A stretch of 64,000 nt of DNA from Gammaproteobacteria bacterium (GCA_016744065.1 JADGFA010000002.1:28796-92795), one strand, 5' to 3'; shown: positions 1-10,746, counted from the first letter of the stretch. Notes: a model not told the origin generated them from the sequence alone. Numbers and translations are program-made.

Positions 1-276
1 TATATTGGTGATACAGAAATGGGTAAAAATGTAAATGTAGGTGCAGGCACTATTACCTGTAATTATGATGGTGCAAATAAGCATAAAACCATTATTGGTG
101 ATAATGTATTTGTTGGTTCAGATACACAACTGGTTGCTCCAGTTACTATTGAAGATGGTGTGACTATTGGTGCGGGTGCAACCGTGACAAAAGATGTAGC
201 TGAGAATATGCTAGTAATAAGTCGGTCACCACAGAAGTCAATTTCTGGCTGGGAAAGACCAAAAAAGAAAAAATAA
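1..276 (+). CDS. glmU: Bifunctional GlmU, C-terminal part (5' truncated by window edge)
   Basis: Frame open from base 1 (YIGDTEMG...); [17 protein letters not shown] and [12 protein letters not shown] hexapeptide-repeat motifs. Confidence 0.96.
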   Translation, partial: YIGDTEMGKNVNVGAGTITCNYDGANKHKTIIGDNVFVGSDTQLVAPVTIEDGVTIGAGATVTKDVAENMLVISRSPQKSISGWERPKKKK

Positions 277-424
277 TATATAAACTAAGGCATGGTTTTT
301 TAAATAATTAGCTGAAAAAAATAAATGCAGAGTTATTTTTTCTCAGGTTTATATGTAATGAAATATGATTTAATAACACAGCCCATTATTAAATCATTTT
401 AGAAAGTGTAGAGATAAGACCAGA

Positions 425-1606
425 GTGAAAAATCATTATGACGTTATTATTGTTGGCGCTGGGGCAGCGGGTCTTTTTTGTGCATTAAATGTAGCTATTA
501 GAGATAAGCGAGTATTGGTTCTCGACCATGCAAATAAAGTAGGTAAAAAAATATTAATGTCGGGTGGAGGACGTTGTAATTTCACAAATTTAAATACGAC
601 CTATGATGATTTTTTATCGAAAAACCCACATTTTGTTAAATCGGCTCTAAATCAGTATACAGCATATGATTTCCTGGCATTAATCGAAAAACATAATATT
701 AAATATGTAGAGAAAGGTCCCGGTCAGCTATTTTGTGAAAATAGTTCAAAAGATGTTCTAAAAATGCTACTGGATGAATGCGCAAAATATAAAATAAAAA
801 TATTCAAGAAATGCAGTATTAAAAAAATCACAAAAAATAAGCACTTCATACTTGAAACAAATTTAGAGAACTATACCAGTGATTCACTGGTTATTGCCAC
901 AGGTGGACTGTCAATCCCTACACTTGGAGCAACAGGTTTTGGCTATGAAGTGGCGCAACAATTCGGTCATAATATAGTTAAAACATCACCATCACTGGTG
1001 CCCTTTACCCTGTCGAATAAAACATTAATCAAATTAAAAGAACTGGCGGGTGTTTCTCAGCATATATCGGTAAGCAATAACACACATACTATAGAAGATG
1101 ATTTGTTATTTACTCATCGTGGCTTGAGTGGGCCAGCTATTCTTAAATTATCAGCCTATTGGTGTTATGGGGAAGAGATAAAAATAAATTTACTACCTGC
1201 AAAGAATATAACTGAATACCTTAGGGAAGAAAGGCTTAAGCACCCTGATAAACTAGTTGTTAACAGCTTAAGTTATATTATGCCAAAACGATTAGTTTCC
1301 TATGTATGCAATGAAAATATAAAAAAATTAAAATTAAAACAATTAGATAAACCTTTGATCGATTTACTCAATAAAAGCATTCATAGCTGGGTATTAACAC
1401 CTTCTGGAACAGAGGGCTATAAAACAGCAGAAGTCACATCAGGTGGTGTTAGTACAGAAAATATTTCATCAAAAACGCTGGAATCTAAACTAGTTGAAAA
1501 ACTATATTTTATTGGTGAAGTGCTGGATGTTACCGGGCAATTAGGAGGATATAATTTTCAATGGGCCTGGTCTTCGGCATGGTGTGCAGCTCAGGCTATA
1601 AAATAA
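425..1606 (+). CDS. HI0933/BaiN-family NAD(P)/FAD-dependent oxidoreductase
   Basis: GAGAAG Rossmann motif, GKKILMSGGGRCNFTN, LFTHRGLSGPA, GGYNFQWAWSS. Confidence 0.92.
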   Translation: MKNHYDVIIVGAGAAGLFCALNVAIRDKRVLVLDHANKVGKKILMSGGGRCNFTNLNTTYDDFLSKNPHFVKSALNQYTAYDFLALIEKHNIKYVEKGPGQLFCENSSKDVLKMLLDECAKYKIKIFKKCSIKKITKNKHFILETNLENYTSDSLVIATGGLSIPTLGATGFGYEVAQQFGHNIVKTSPSLVPFTLSNKTLIKLKELAGVSQHISVSNNTHTIEDDLLFTHRGLSGPAILKLSAYWCYGEEIKINLLPAKNITEYLREERLKHPDKLVVNSLSYIMPKRLVSYVCNENIKKLKLKQLDKPLIDLLNKSIHSWVLTPSGTEGYKTAEVTSGGVSTENISSKTLESKLVEKLYFIGEVLDVTGQLGGYNFQWAWSSAWCAAQAIK

Positions 1607-2045
1607 GTATTATCTGAAGCCTGCCTATACAAAACTAATAAAAATTAAATAAAAAAAAAAAAAAAACTTAGTCATATTTTTTCAAAAAGATAGGTTTGTC
1701 AGGTCTGAGCTTATTTAAAAAAATGTGCAATAAAATATAAATAACAAATAATCATATATATTTTAAATATATATGGTATTTTTTTTACAGGGTTTTAAAT
1801 ATAATAATAAAATTTTATATTTATTAAAATAGTCAATAGTAAAAAACCCCGATTTCTATACTTTAGAGCAGCATTATAGATTAAACTTTAAGTTTAGTCG
1901 ATAACTTTGATGAAATGTGTTACAACATGCAATGCTTATATATTAAGGTGAGATCTAAATTTATATTTACGATATAAAGTTGGTATATTTAACCTTAGAT
2001 TAAGTCAGATGTAGCGTGATTTATTAAACAGGATGCTGGAATATT

Positions 2046-2855
2046 ATGAAAATAATTATAACTATTTTACTATTTACTCTATCAATATCTGCATATGCAG
2101 ATGAAGATTTTCCAGGGCGTAAACGTTATCCATTTGTTCCAGTTATTGAGATAGATGAGTTATTTTCACAACAGAATAATGTAGTGATTATTGATGCAAG
2201 ATCAAAATATGAATACGAAACCCTGAGAATTAAGTCTGCTATATTAATACCATTTGCATTACCGTCTAAAGTGTTCCAGAAAAAAATGCTGGTATTAAGA
2301 GAAGAAAATCCGGGTAAAAAACTGGTATTTTACTGTAATGGACATTCATGTATGAAATCATATAAGGCGGCTAAACGTAGTATTTCATATGTTGGCTTAA
2401 AAGATGTATATGCATATGATGCGGGTGTATTCGTATGGGCTAAAAAATACCCGGATGATGCATTATTATTAGGCAGGGTTTTAGAAAACCCTGATAAATT
2501 GATATCAAAAAGTGATTTTTCCAAACACCTGCTTGCTGGTTTAACATTTATTAAAAAGGCGACGGCCGATGTTGAGATATTAGATATCAGAGATAGGATA
2601 GAGAGGGATGGATTTTATATATTTTCCGGTCAGGAAAATTCAATTAGTCTGGATAGCCGAGAAAAATTAAAGCTTGAAGAATTTATGTTAGCCGTGAAGA
2701 AAAGTAAAAAAACACTTTTTGTATATGATATGGTCGGTAAACAGGTCAGATGGTTTCAATATTATCTGGAATCTAAAGGTATAAAAAAATATTACTTTAT
2801 GAAAGGCGGTGCAAATGCTTTTTTTGATATACCAATTAGTCAATTAGTTGATTAA
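2046..2855 (+). CDS. Secreted tandem rhodanese-domain protein
   Basis: Signal peptide (AYA); IIDARSKYEY, FYCNGHSC loop, YDAG; second repeat ILDIRD...YFMKGG. Confidence 0.8.
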   Translation: MKIIITILLFTLSISAYADEDFPGRKRYPFVPVIEIDELFSQQNNVVIIDARSKYEYETLRIKSAILIPFALPSKVFQKKMLVLREENPGKKLVFYCNGHSCMKSYKAAKRSISYVGLKDVYAYDAGVFVWAKKYPDDALLLGRVLENPDKLISKSDFSKHLLAGLTFIKKATADVEILDIRDRIERDGFYIFSGQENSISLDSREKLKLEEFMLAVKKSKKTLFVYDMVGKQVRWFQYYLESKGIKKYYFMKGGANAFFDIPISQLVD

Positions 2856-2868
2856 AAGATAATATATA

Positions 2869-3591
2869 TTATTTAATCCAGCCACCGGTGGCCTGTATGG
2901 GGTGAGCGTCACCAGGGGAGTTAATCCAGATGGCCAGGGCATAACGTTGTCCTGTAATATTATGGCCAGCGGGAAGTTCAATATCCCATACTCCATTATT
3001 TGAAAATTTGGACTTCATCTTTAATACAACAAAATCTTCAGAAAATGATTTACCGCTGTTTTCGCCCCGTTCAACTTTAGTTTTAAGTGAAAAACCTAAT
3101 AATGCAACATTAAGATTTAAATCAATTTTATGCTTATAAGTTACGTGTAATTTCCCCTCATTTAATTCAGCCGATAAAATACCCGGTTTAACCAGCGGCA
3201 CAGGTAAAGGTTTATTACGGTACCAGCCGCGCCATTCTTTACCATTAATTAGCATGCCAGGTGTATATACAGAACTAATGCCTCCCTGGCGATGATATGT
3301 TCTTTGTCTCTGGGAATATTTCTTCGTAGAAAAAGGATCTTTCCAGCCAAGGTAATCCCAGTAATCAACATGGAATACCACAGGAATAAACTCTTCCCAT
3401 AAACCAGGGTGATTTAGTTGTTGAGATATCCAACGTTCGGCAGGTGGGCAGCTGCTACAGCCCTGTGATGAGTAAAGTTCAAGTAACTGGGTATTAGCAG
3501 AGTGGCTTTTGAAAGTTTGTGCGTTACTGGTAAAGGTGAGTATCGTTAACAGGCAGAATATGATTAGTATTTTAAATTTTGAAAATTTCAT
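2869..3591 (-). CDS. DUF1223 secreted thioredoxin-like protein
   Basis: Signal peptide; ELYSSQGCSSCPPA and FHVDYWDYLGWKDPF. Confidence 0.88.
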   Translation of the reverse strand: MKFSKFKILIIFCLLTILTFTSNAQTFKSHSANTQLLELYSSQGCSSCPPAERWISQQLNHPGLWEEFIPVVFHVDYWDYLGWKDPFSTKKYSQRQRTYHRQGGISSVYTPGMLINGKEWRGWYRNKPLPVPLVKPGILSAELNEGKLHVTYKHKIDLNLNVALLGFSLKTKVERGENSGKSFSEDFVVLKMKSKFSNNGVWDIELPAGHNITGQRYALAIWINSPGDAHPIQATGGWIK

Positions 3592-3753
3592 TATGTCACT
3601 CCTGACTGATATAGATTATGTATAACAGCTTCAGTTCAATGAGATTTAAGTTTTGTGTGTGTGAATAATATAGAACAGTAATCTGGAAAGGTAATAATAG
3701 AATCCTGAATGCGTCAGAAATTGAAAATTATAAGTCTCGCATAGCCTGTAGAC

Positions 3754-4140
3754 CTAGGTACTTTCACCATTAAGACAGGCCTCAATAGCGTGTTCAGGCG
3801 TATTATGTAAAAATGCACCGTATATTGGATAAAGCTTATTGAGCTTCTCTACAAACTGGGTTTCTTCTTTTATTACAAAAATAATCGTGCTGGTATCTGG
3901 GCTATATTTGGGTAAGGCGGATAACAGAACATCCAGATTACTCACATTTACACCCGCATAGTTATTTCCATAGCCATAAAAAAATTCAGCAACAATAAAA
4001 TCAGGTTTATAGGTTTTTAATGCTTTAATTGCATTACGACTGGAATTGACCTTAATTTCACGGGCCCCCATCTGTTTATACAAACTGGATAATTTTGGGT
4101 GCGTGGGTGACTCAATAATAGAAAGAATAGTCAGGCTCAT
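3754..4140 (-). CDS. Hypothetical protein, receiver (CheY)-like fold, atypical
   Basis: AIKALKTYKPDFIVAEF resembles receiver alpha2-beta3; ATG at 4140 preferred. Confidence 0.55.
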   Translation of the reverse strand: MSLTILSIIESPTHPKLSSLYKQMGAREIKVNSSRNAIKALKTYKPDFIVAEFFYGYGNNYAGVNVSNLDVLLSALPKYSPDTSTIIFVIKEETQFVEKLNKLYPIYGAFLHNTPEHAIEACLNGEST

Positions 4141-4227
4141 AATGGTTCTATTGTGTGAAAAAGCCAATAATACTATCAGGCTCTGATAAAATACACGCCA
4201 CTTAACAGGATAATTTGCAATAACCCT

Positions 4228-6123
4228 ATGGCATTACTCACACTACGAAATATTAATCTGGGCTTTGGCGGCCCGAACCTGTTCGATTCCCTTAATCTCC
4301 AGATTGAGCCAAAAGAACGCCTGTGCCTGTTAGGGCGTAATGGTGAGGGTAAATCAACCTTAATGAAACTCATTGGTGGCATGGTAAAGGCCGATGAGGG
4401 CAGTATAGAACAACAGCAAAATCTAAAAATTGCCTACCTGACACAGGATATCCCAGATGATGTAACAGGCAGTGTATATGACGTAGTGGCCTCTGGTTTA
4501 GAAGGGGTGGGTGAGATACTAAAAAATTACCATCATTGCAGTCTTGAATTAGCAGAAGACTATACCGAACAGAAAATGGAAGAACTGTCTCGCATTCAAC
4601 ATGAGTTAGAAGCAGTCGATGGCTGGAGCCTGTCACAACAGATAGAAACAACCATATCATTACTGGAGCTACCTACAGATGATGAATTCAGTTCACTATC
4701 CGGTGGTCTGAAGCGTCGCGTATTGTTGGGGCGAGCACTGGTGGTGGAGCCAGACCTGTTATTGCTGGATGAGCCAACCAATCACCTGGATGTAGAGGCG
4801 ATTCAGTGGATAGAAGAATTCCTGCTTAACTGGAATGGCAGCGTATTATTTGTAACCCATGACCGATCATTTCTGAGACGGCTGGCAACCCGTATTATTG
4901 AACTGGATCGTGGCAAACTTACGTCCTGGCCAGGTAACTATGAAACCTATTTACTGCGTAAACAGGAGTCGTTAGAAAACGAAGAAAAAGAAAATGCCTT
5001 GTTTGATAAGCGACTGGCACAGGAAGAGGTATGGATTCGTCAGGGCATTAAGGCGCGCCGCACCCGTAACGAAGGCCGAGTGCGCGCACTGGAGGCGCTG
5101 CGCAAAGAGCGTTCTCAGCGGCGTGAACAAAAGGGCCAGGTTAATATGCAGGTTTCAGCCCAGGATAGTTCAGGCAAACGGGTGGTTGAGGCAGAAAATT
5201 TAAGTTATAGCTATGGCGAGACGTTAATTGTTAAGGGCTTCAGTACCTTAATAACCCGTGGTGATCGTATTGGTGTCATTGGCCCTAATGGTGTTGGCAA
5301 ATCAACATTAATAAAATTGATGTTAGGTGAGCTGCAACCCGATGAGGGAAAAGTTGAGCTGGGTACCAAGCTGGAAATAGCCTATTTTGATCAGTTACGT
5401 TCAGAATTAGATTTAAAGAAAAGTGTCAGGGACAACCTGGCTCCGGGTACAGATAAAATAACCGTTGCAGGCAGGGAAAAGCATGTGATGAGTTATCTCA
5501 GTGATTTTCTGTTTGCGCCTGCACGCGCAAATTCACCAGTGAGTACACTATCCGGTGGGGAACGTAATCGTTTAATGTTAGCCAAACTGTTTGCAAGACC
5601 CTTTAACCTTCTGGTTATGGATGAGCCAACAAATGACCTGGATGTTGAAACGCTGGAATTACTTGAAGACCTGTTAATGTCGTATGAAGGCACATTAATT
5701 TTAATAAGTCATGATCGTGCTTTTCTTGATAATGTAGTCACCAGTACACTGGTATTTGAAGGTAATGGACAGGTGAATGAGTATGTAGGTGGTTATGAAG
5801 ACTGGTTAAGGCAGTTTAAAAACAAGCTGAATCGAAAAAAAGAAAATAAACCTGAAGAAATAAAAAAAGAGAAAAAACCCGAAGAACAGAAAAAAACACT
5901 TAAAAAACGTTCATTTAAAGAGCAAAGGGAGCTGGATGAACTGCCCGTATTAATAGAAACCCTGGATAAAGAAATGGCAGAAATAACTGAAAAAATGGCT
6001 GATGAAAAATTTTATCAGCAAAATAAAGAAGTAATTGCCATAACGACAACACGTGTTTCCGAAATAGAATATGAGTTAAAAGAAGCGTATAAGCGCTGGG
6101 AACAGTTAGAAGAAACTGAATAA
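4228..6123 (+). CDS. uup: ABC-F family ATPase Uup
   Basis: Two ABC cassettes (GRNGEGKS/LSGG/DEPTNHLD; GPNGVGKS/LSGGE/DEPTNDLD), EEVWIRQGIKARRTRNEGR linker, C-terminal coiled coil. Confidence 0.93.
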   Translation: MALLTLRNINLGFGGPNLFDSLNLQIEPKERLCLLGRNGEGKSTLMKLIGGMVKADEGSIEQQQNLKIAYLTQDIPDDVTGSVYDVVASGLEGVGEILKNYHHCSLELAEDYTEQKMEELSRIQHELEAVDGWSLSQQIETTISLLELPTDDEFSSLSGGLKRRVLLGRALVVEPDLLLLDEPTNHLDVEAIQWIEEFLLNWNGSVLFVTHDRSFLRRLATRIIELDRGKLTSWPGNYETYLLRKQESLENEEKENALFDKRLAQEEVWIRQGIKARRTRNEGRVRALEALRKERSQRREQKGQVNMQVSAQDSSGKRVVEAENLSYSYGETLIVKGFSTLITRGDRIGVIGPNGVGKSTLIKLMLGELQPDEGKVELGTKLEIAYFDQLRSELDLKKSVRDNLAPGTDKITVAGREKHVMSYLSDFLFAPARANSPVSTLSGGERNRLMLAKLFARPFNLLVMDEPTNDLDVETLELLEDLLMSYEGTLILISHDRAFLDNVVTSTLVFEGNGQVNEYVGGYEDWLRQFKNKLNRKKENKPEEIKKEKKPEEQKKTLKKRSFKEQRELDELPVLIETLDKEMAEITEKMADEKFYQQNKEVIAITTTRVSEIEYELKEAYKRWEQLEETE

Positions 6124-6439
6124 TAAACAGGCGGTTATTGGTTATTAAATAAGAAGAATAATATACGGGTTTATTTTTTAATTTTTGGCCAGGTATAGAA
6201 AAAGGACGTATAAAAAATAAGAACGGTAAAAGTATAAAATAGAAATGGACCAGTGCTTTTATTAGCGATTTAGCTAAATAAAGCAGATTTAAATTTCCAG
6301 GGAAATTAGTTGTTAAAAAGCAATATATAAAATAGTTATTGATATTAAGCAATATTGTAAATATTAAATAATGTACGCTCATTTTTATAATGGCTTAATA
6401 ACTTATATCTGGATTGAATATGCAAGCCCATGATTTTTT

Positions 6440-7624
6440 TTGAGTCTATTAATTATACTATTAACGGCACGCGTATTTGCTGAGCTTGCAACACGATTAA
6501 AGTCACCCGCCGTCATTGGTGAGCTATTTGCTGGTGTGTTACTGGGGCCGAGCCTGTTAGGCTGGATAGAGCCGACACAGGCAATAAAACTGATGGCCGG
6601 TATTGGTATTATACTGCTTTTATTTGAAGTGGGCTTAGGCACAGATGTTAAGCGTCTGGTGCGCACTGGCGTTGCCTCTATTATCGTCGCGGTTTCAGGT
6701 TTTGTTTTGCCGCTTTTATTGGGATTTATGCTGGCATATTGGGTATTTGAGCTGTCGTTAATGGTCTCGTTATTTATTGGCGGTACGCTTACTGCAACGA
6801 GCATCGGTATTACAATAAGAGTACTAACCGACCTTAAGCGTCAAAATTCAAAAGAGGGGCAAATTGTTCTCGGTGCAGCAGTACTGGACGATGTACTGGG
6901 TGTCGTGTTATTGGCATTACTTTATGAGTTTTCTATTGGTGGTGGTGTCAGTGTAATGAATACCGGTAAGGTGCTGGTATTTATTACAGCCTTTTTTGTG
7001 CTGGCGCCGGTAGCGGCTAAATTAATGTCAATCGTTATTAAACGCTTTGATACAAGCAGTGAAATTCCCGGATTAATACCCACAACCATTGTCTCTCTGG
7101 TACTGTTTTTTGCCTGGTTAGCACATGCTTTTGGCGCACCTGAATTACTCGGCGGTTTTGCTGCTGGTCTGGCATTATCACGGCGTTTTTTTATGCCACT
7201 TGGTATCGCGCTTCATGGTGATGAGGCTTTTGCTGATCGTATTGAACTACAGATGAAACCTATTGTACAACTGTTTACGCCTATCTTTTTTGTAATGGTG
7301 GGGTTGTCGCTAAACCTGCGTGAAATAGATTGGGGTTCAGCATTTATATGGTGGTTCTCACTCTCTTTATTAGTGGTGGCTGTGACGGGGAAAATACTAG
7401 GCGCGATGTTATTAAAAGAAAATAATGCTACCCGCTGGATGATTGGTACCGCGATGGTGCCCCGCGGTGAAGTCGGCCTTATATTTGCAGAGCTTGGTCG
7501 GCAAAGTGACATATATAATAATGAAATTTATGCCGGAATGATTATTGTTATTGCATTAACTACATTATTGCCTCCATTTTTTATAAAATGGTATTACAGT
7601 GCATACAGGCATGAATTTAAATAA
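6440..7624 (+). CDS. Cation:proton antiporter (CPA2); true start probably ATG 6420 across a poly-T frameshift
   Basis: Multiple TM helices, GELFAGVLLGPS, TATSIGIT, AAVLDDV, MVPRGEVGL. Confidence 0.88.
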   Translation: MSLLIILLTARVFAELATRLKSPAVIGELFAGVLLGPSLLGWIEPTQAIKLMAGIGIILLLFEVGLGTDVKRLVRTGVASIIVAVSGFVLPLLLGFMLAYWVFELSLMVSLFIGGTLTATSIGITIRVLTDLKRQNSKEGQIVLGAAVLDDVLGVVLLALLYEFSIGGGVSVMNTGKVLVFITAFFVLAPVAAKLMSIVIKRFDTSSEIPGLIPTTIVSLVLFFAWLAHAFGAPELLGGFAAGLALSRRFFMPLGIALHGDEAFADRIELQMKPIVQLFTPIFFVMVGLSLNLREIDWGSAFIWWFSLSLLVVAVTGKILGAMLLKENNATRWMIGTAMVPRGEVGLIFAELGRQSDIYNNEIYAGMIIVIALTTLLPPFFIKWYYSAYRHEFK

Positions 7625-8103
7625 AAATAAATGAAATTATTCAACTTTTAAAAACTTATATGATATAAATATTTTTCATCCCTTAATCCGCTTTAGTTTT
7701 AGGAGCAGTCAAAGTTCAGTGGTTTGTCAGGCATGTGAGTTTGAAAAATAAGCCATGTTAGATTAGAAATAAAAGGAGCAGGTGACAAACAAGAAATATT
7801 TTCTTCTGTAATTAAATGTTACAGCTTTCTTTATTTTTTAACCTTCAGGATATAATACTAAAACAATACAGTCTCTCTGACTTTGTGGGATATGTGCTGT
7901 TCCTTTTGGGTTATGAATGAAACTGCCTAGTGAGTATTACTATTTTTAGATTTACCTCTACTTAAAGTTTTTGTTAAGTATTACTTTGCTGGAGATACTG
8001 GATAGTAAAAATTGTAGTAACGTTTAAACAGTTTAAGTTTTTATATGATGTGTAATTGGGTGTTAGTGAGGTGTTGCAGATTATGCGGCTAGTTATTAAT
8101 ATC

Positions 8104-8205
8104 CTGTCATCCTGAGCGAAACAAAGTGCAGCCGAAGGATCTTAAGTGCCTTAGTATTCGAGTTTAAGGGTTTTCCACTATGCTCTGCTTCGGTCAAGAT
8201 GACAG
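8104..8205. repeat. REP-like long imperfect palindrome
   Basis: ctgtcatcctgagcgaa (8104-8120) pairs with ttcggtcaagatgacag (8189-8205), 15/17 match; internal cgaaggatct. Confidence 0.65.
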
Positions 8206-8240
8206 TGTGGTGTTACGGATAGCCGCGTTATTTTAACTGC

Positions 8241-9209
8241 TTATTCGGCGAGTAATTCGGCTTCCATTGAAAGATAAACCTGATAAGCATTGATACGATT
8301 ACCCGCATCAAATGCGGGCAGGTTTTTAAATTCAGACCAGTCGGCATTGTCATAAACTTCAGAAAATGGGGTGAATTCATTTACCCCTGCGCCCATCACT
8401 TTTCTTAAATAAGCCAGATAACGTCGGGTTAAAGAAATAACCTTGTCTGGTTTATCTGTTGCAGGGCCATGGCCGGGTATAAGAGCGGTCAGGCCATTTG
8501 TTTCTAGTTGGGTTAATGTTTCCAGCCATTTTTTAGAGTCTGCATTGCCAACGAAGGGTATGCGTTTTCGAAAGATGATATCACCTGAAAATAAAACGTT
8601 ATCGGGTTTAACCAGCATGGTCAGGTCGCCATCAGAATGTGCCTTGCCCATAAAGTTTAAGGTGAATGTTTTTTCACCTAAGGTGAAGGTAGTTGATTTT
8701 TCAACAGTAGTATCCGGCAGAACTAAGTGTGTATTTTTATTTACCCAGGGTGCAAGTGAGTTTCGGCGTTCGTTTAAACGGCTTGCGGCGGCTTCTGACT
8801 GAATGTATTTTTGAGCACCCAGGGGTGCAATAATTTCTGCACCGAGTTTTTCAAAAGCCTGTAGGCCATAAATATGATCTGCATGAAAATGACTCACCAC
8901 GACTTTTTTAATGGGTTGTGATGTTACACTTTTAATTTTTTTTATTAAATCATTAGCAAGAGAAGGCGTGCCTAATGCATCAAAAACAACAACGCCTTTT
9001 TTGGTGATGACAAAGCCAGCATTAGAAATAAAGCCTTCGTTATCGGTAGCAATGCCAGCTTCACCTTTAACATAATAAATATGTTCAGTGACCCTGTTGA
9101 TTTGCATATCAACTGATGTGGGGGCGTAGGTGATGTTTTTGGTGGTTGCACTTAATGGAGTGGCGATAACAAGCATAATTAATATTAGCCATCTATTGCA
9201 TATATGCAT
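8241..9209 (-). CDS. Secreted MBL-fold metallo-hydrolase, SoxH-like
   Basis: SHFHADH, AHSDGD, FSGD, IPGHG; NEGFISNAGFVIT and NAYQVYLSME; signal peptide after ATG 9209. Confidence 0.82.
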   Translation of the reverse strand: MHICNRWLILIMLVIATPLSATTKNITYAPTSVDMQINRVTEHIYYVKGEAGIATDNEGFISNAGFVITKKGVVVFDALGTPSLANDLIKKIKSVTSQPIKKVVVSHFHADHIYGLQAFEKLGAEIIAPLGAQKYIQSEAAASRLNERRNSLAPWVNKNTHLVLPDTTVEKSTTFTLGEKTFTLNFMGKAHSDGDLTMLVKPDNVLFSGDIIFRKRIPFVGNADSKKWLETLTQLETNGLTALIPGHGPATDKPDKVISLTRRYLAYLRKVMGAGVNEFTPFSEVYDNADWSEFKNLPAFDAGNRINAYQVYLSMEAELLAE

Positions 9210-9687
9210 GATCTTCCTCGTTTTGCAGGCGAATGATTTCAGCATCACCCATTGGTATTATTTCGACAAAGCCGTGTATGTTTTTGGGTTTATAACCCAG
9301 GCCTTCGGCTGCAGCTTCGCATATTTTTATTTTTAGTACCTCACTGTCAACCAGGCTCTGGGCGCGTTGCATTAATGCTTTGTGTTTTGCATAATTTTTT
9401 ATGGCAAAAAAATTGATTTCATGGCCGTGCAGAACAAGCACTATGGATTGATCAAATGGGTCAGCACCGGTAGTTTTACTCAGGTAGCTTGCTCGACTCA
9501 GTACACTTTCCAGTTTTTCTACTGTTTTGACATGCACATCGTAAACGACTTTTTGTGGTTTGTATTCTGTGGGTGTTGGTTTGGCGCCACCCCAGGGAGA
9601 TAATTCTACTGCAAATAATGGTGTACTAAAGATAATATTGAGTATGAAGCTTAAGAGTAAACCTGAGTATGGATTTTTTTTTAACAT
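9193..9687 (-). CDS. Secreted DsrE/DsrF-like protein
   Basis: Signal peptide; KVVYD, VLVLHGHEI, KICE, AEIIRLQNEEDHAYM. Confidence 0.78.
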   Translation of the reverse strand: MLKKNPYSGLLLSFILNIIFSTPLFAVELSPWGGAKPTPTEYKPQKVVYDVHVKTVEKLESVLSRASYLSKTTGADPFDQSIVLVLHGHEINFFAIKNYAKHKALMQRAQSLVDSEVLKIKICEAAAEGLGYKPKNIHGFVEIIPMGDAEIIRLQNEEDHAYMQ

Positions 9688-9846
9688 AGAGTGGCTCCAG
9701 TGTTATGAAAAGTTTTGTCCGTTAATTATAGTACTTACTTAAGAATATCAGAGAGCAGGGGTGGTTGTGTAATTAAGTAGAGATTATATTAGCTCTGATA
9801 AAAAGATTGAGTATATATAGATGTGTTACAGGCCTGTTTATTCCAT

Positions 9847-10746
9847 TTATTTAAGTTGTTCATAGAAAAATGAGCTGCTTAGCTGATCTATAAACCATTG
9901 CAGTGAGCGGCCTGTTTTTCCCGTACGCCATGCAAGATAAGCTGTGGCAGTCTGGTGTCCTGTTTCGATTTTTTTTTCAATTAATAGACCCTGTTCGATT
10001 TCTTTCTGGATCAGGTAGCGAGGTAAAAAACCGACCCCCATACCCATAATATGCGCTTTTATTTTGGTTTTAAAGTCAGGTACGGTGAAAATATCCTGCC
10101 CGGTATAAATGCCAGCCGTTCTAGGGGGTAAGTTACGTGATGTGTCGGCCACGGCAATAGCTCTATAATTTGAAATTATATCTTCTGCTATAGGGTTGTG
10201 TTCATTGGCAAGTGGGTGGTCGGGTGCGATGACAAATACCCAGTTAATCTGGCATAGTTTACGGGAGTGGTATCCGCCACCTGTTGGGCCATTGTCCGGA
10301 GCACCTATTATCAGGTCAGCTCTATTGCTCATTAAAGCATCCCATGTGCCACCGTAAACTTCAGTATGTAATTTAATATGTGTGCCACTTTTTTGCTGGT
10401 AAAACTCATTGATAAGCTCAAGTAAATTATCAACAGGCAGCATATCTGCGATGGCAATATTTAACTCTGCCTCCCATCCTTTTGAGACTTTTTTTACCTG
10501 ATTTTCCAGGTTGGAAACAGCGTCCAGTAAATGGCGTCCCTCTGATAACAGGAATTTTCCTGATTCGGTGAGCCTGGCTCTATGCCCTGCTCTATTGAAT
10601 AGTGGGGTATCCAGGTCCTGTTCTAGTTTTTTCATGCTGTAGGTAATTGCTGATGGGACGCGGTGCAGTGTTTCTGCGGCGGCGGCAAAGCTGCCCTGTC
10701 TATGTATGGCATCTAGAACAATTAGAGCATCAAGTGTTATTTTCAT
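9847..10746 (-). CDS. LysR-family transcriptional regulator
   Basis: GSFAAAAETLHRVPSAITY HTH; GWEAEL; EVYGGTWDAL. Confidence 0.93.
   Translation of the reverse strand: MKITLDALIVLDAIHRQGSFAAAAETLHRVPSAITYSMKKLEQDLDTPLFNRAGHRARLTESGKFLLSEGRHLLDAVSNLENQVKKVSKGWEAELNIAIADMLPVDNLLELINEFYQQKSGTHIKLHTEVYGGTWDALMSNRADLIIGAPDNGPTGGGYHSRKLCQINWVFVIAPDHPLANEHNPIAEDIISNYRAIAVADTSRNLPPRTAGIYTGQDIFTVPDFKTKIKAHIMGMGVGFLPRYLIQKEIEQGLLIEKKIETGHQTATAYLAWRTGKTGRSLQWFIDQLSSSFFYEQLK

Noticed and set aside
277-424. glmU not followed by glmS
   Set aside because: Simple synteny variation with no sign of a mobile element
1651-1666. A16 homopolymer and nearby AT palindrome (1753-1775)
   Set aside because: Intergenic low-complexity sequence; length may be an assembly artefact and no function can be supported
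5915-6382. 155-aa minus-strand ORF
   Set aside because: Shadow of the uup 3' end and AT-rich spacer; low-complexity F/L/I composition
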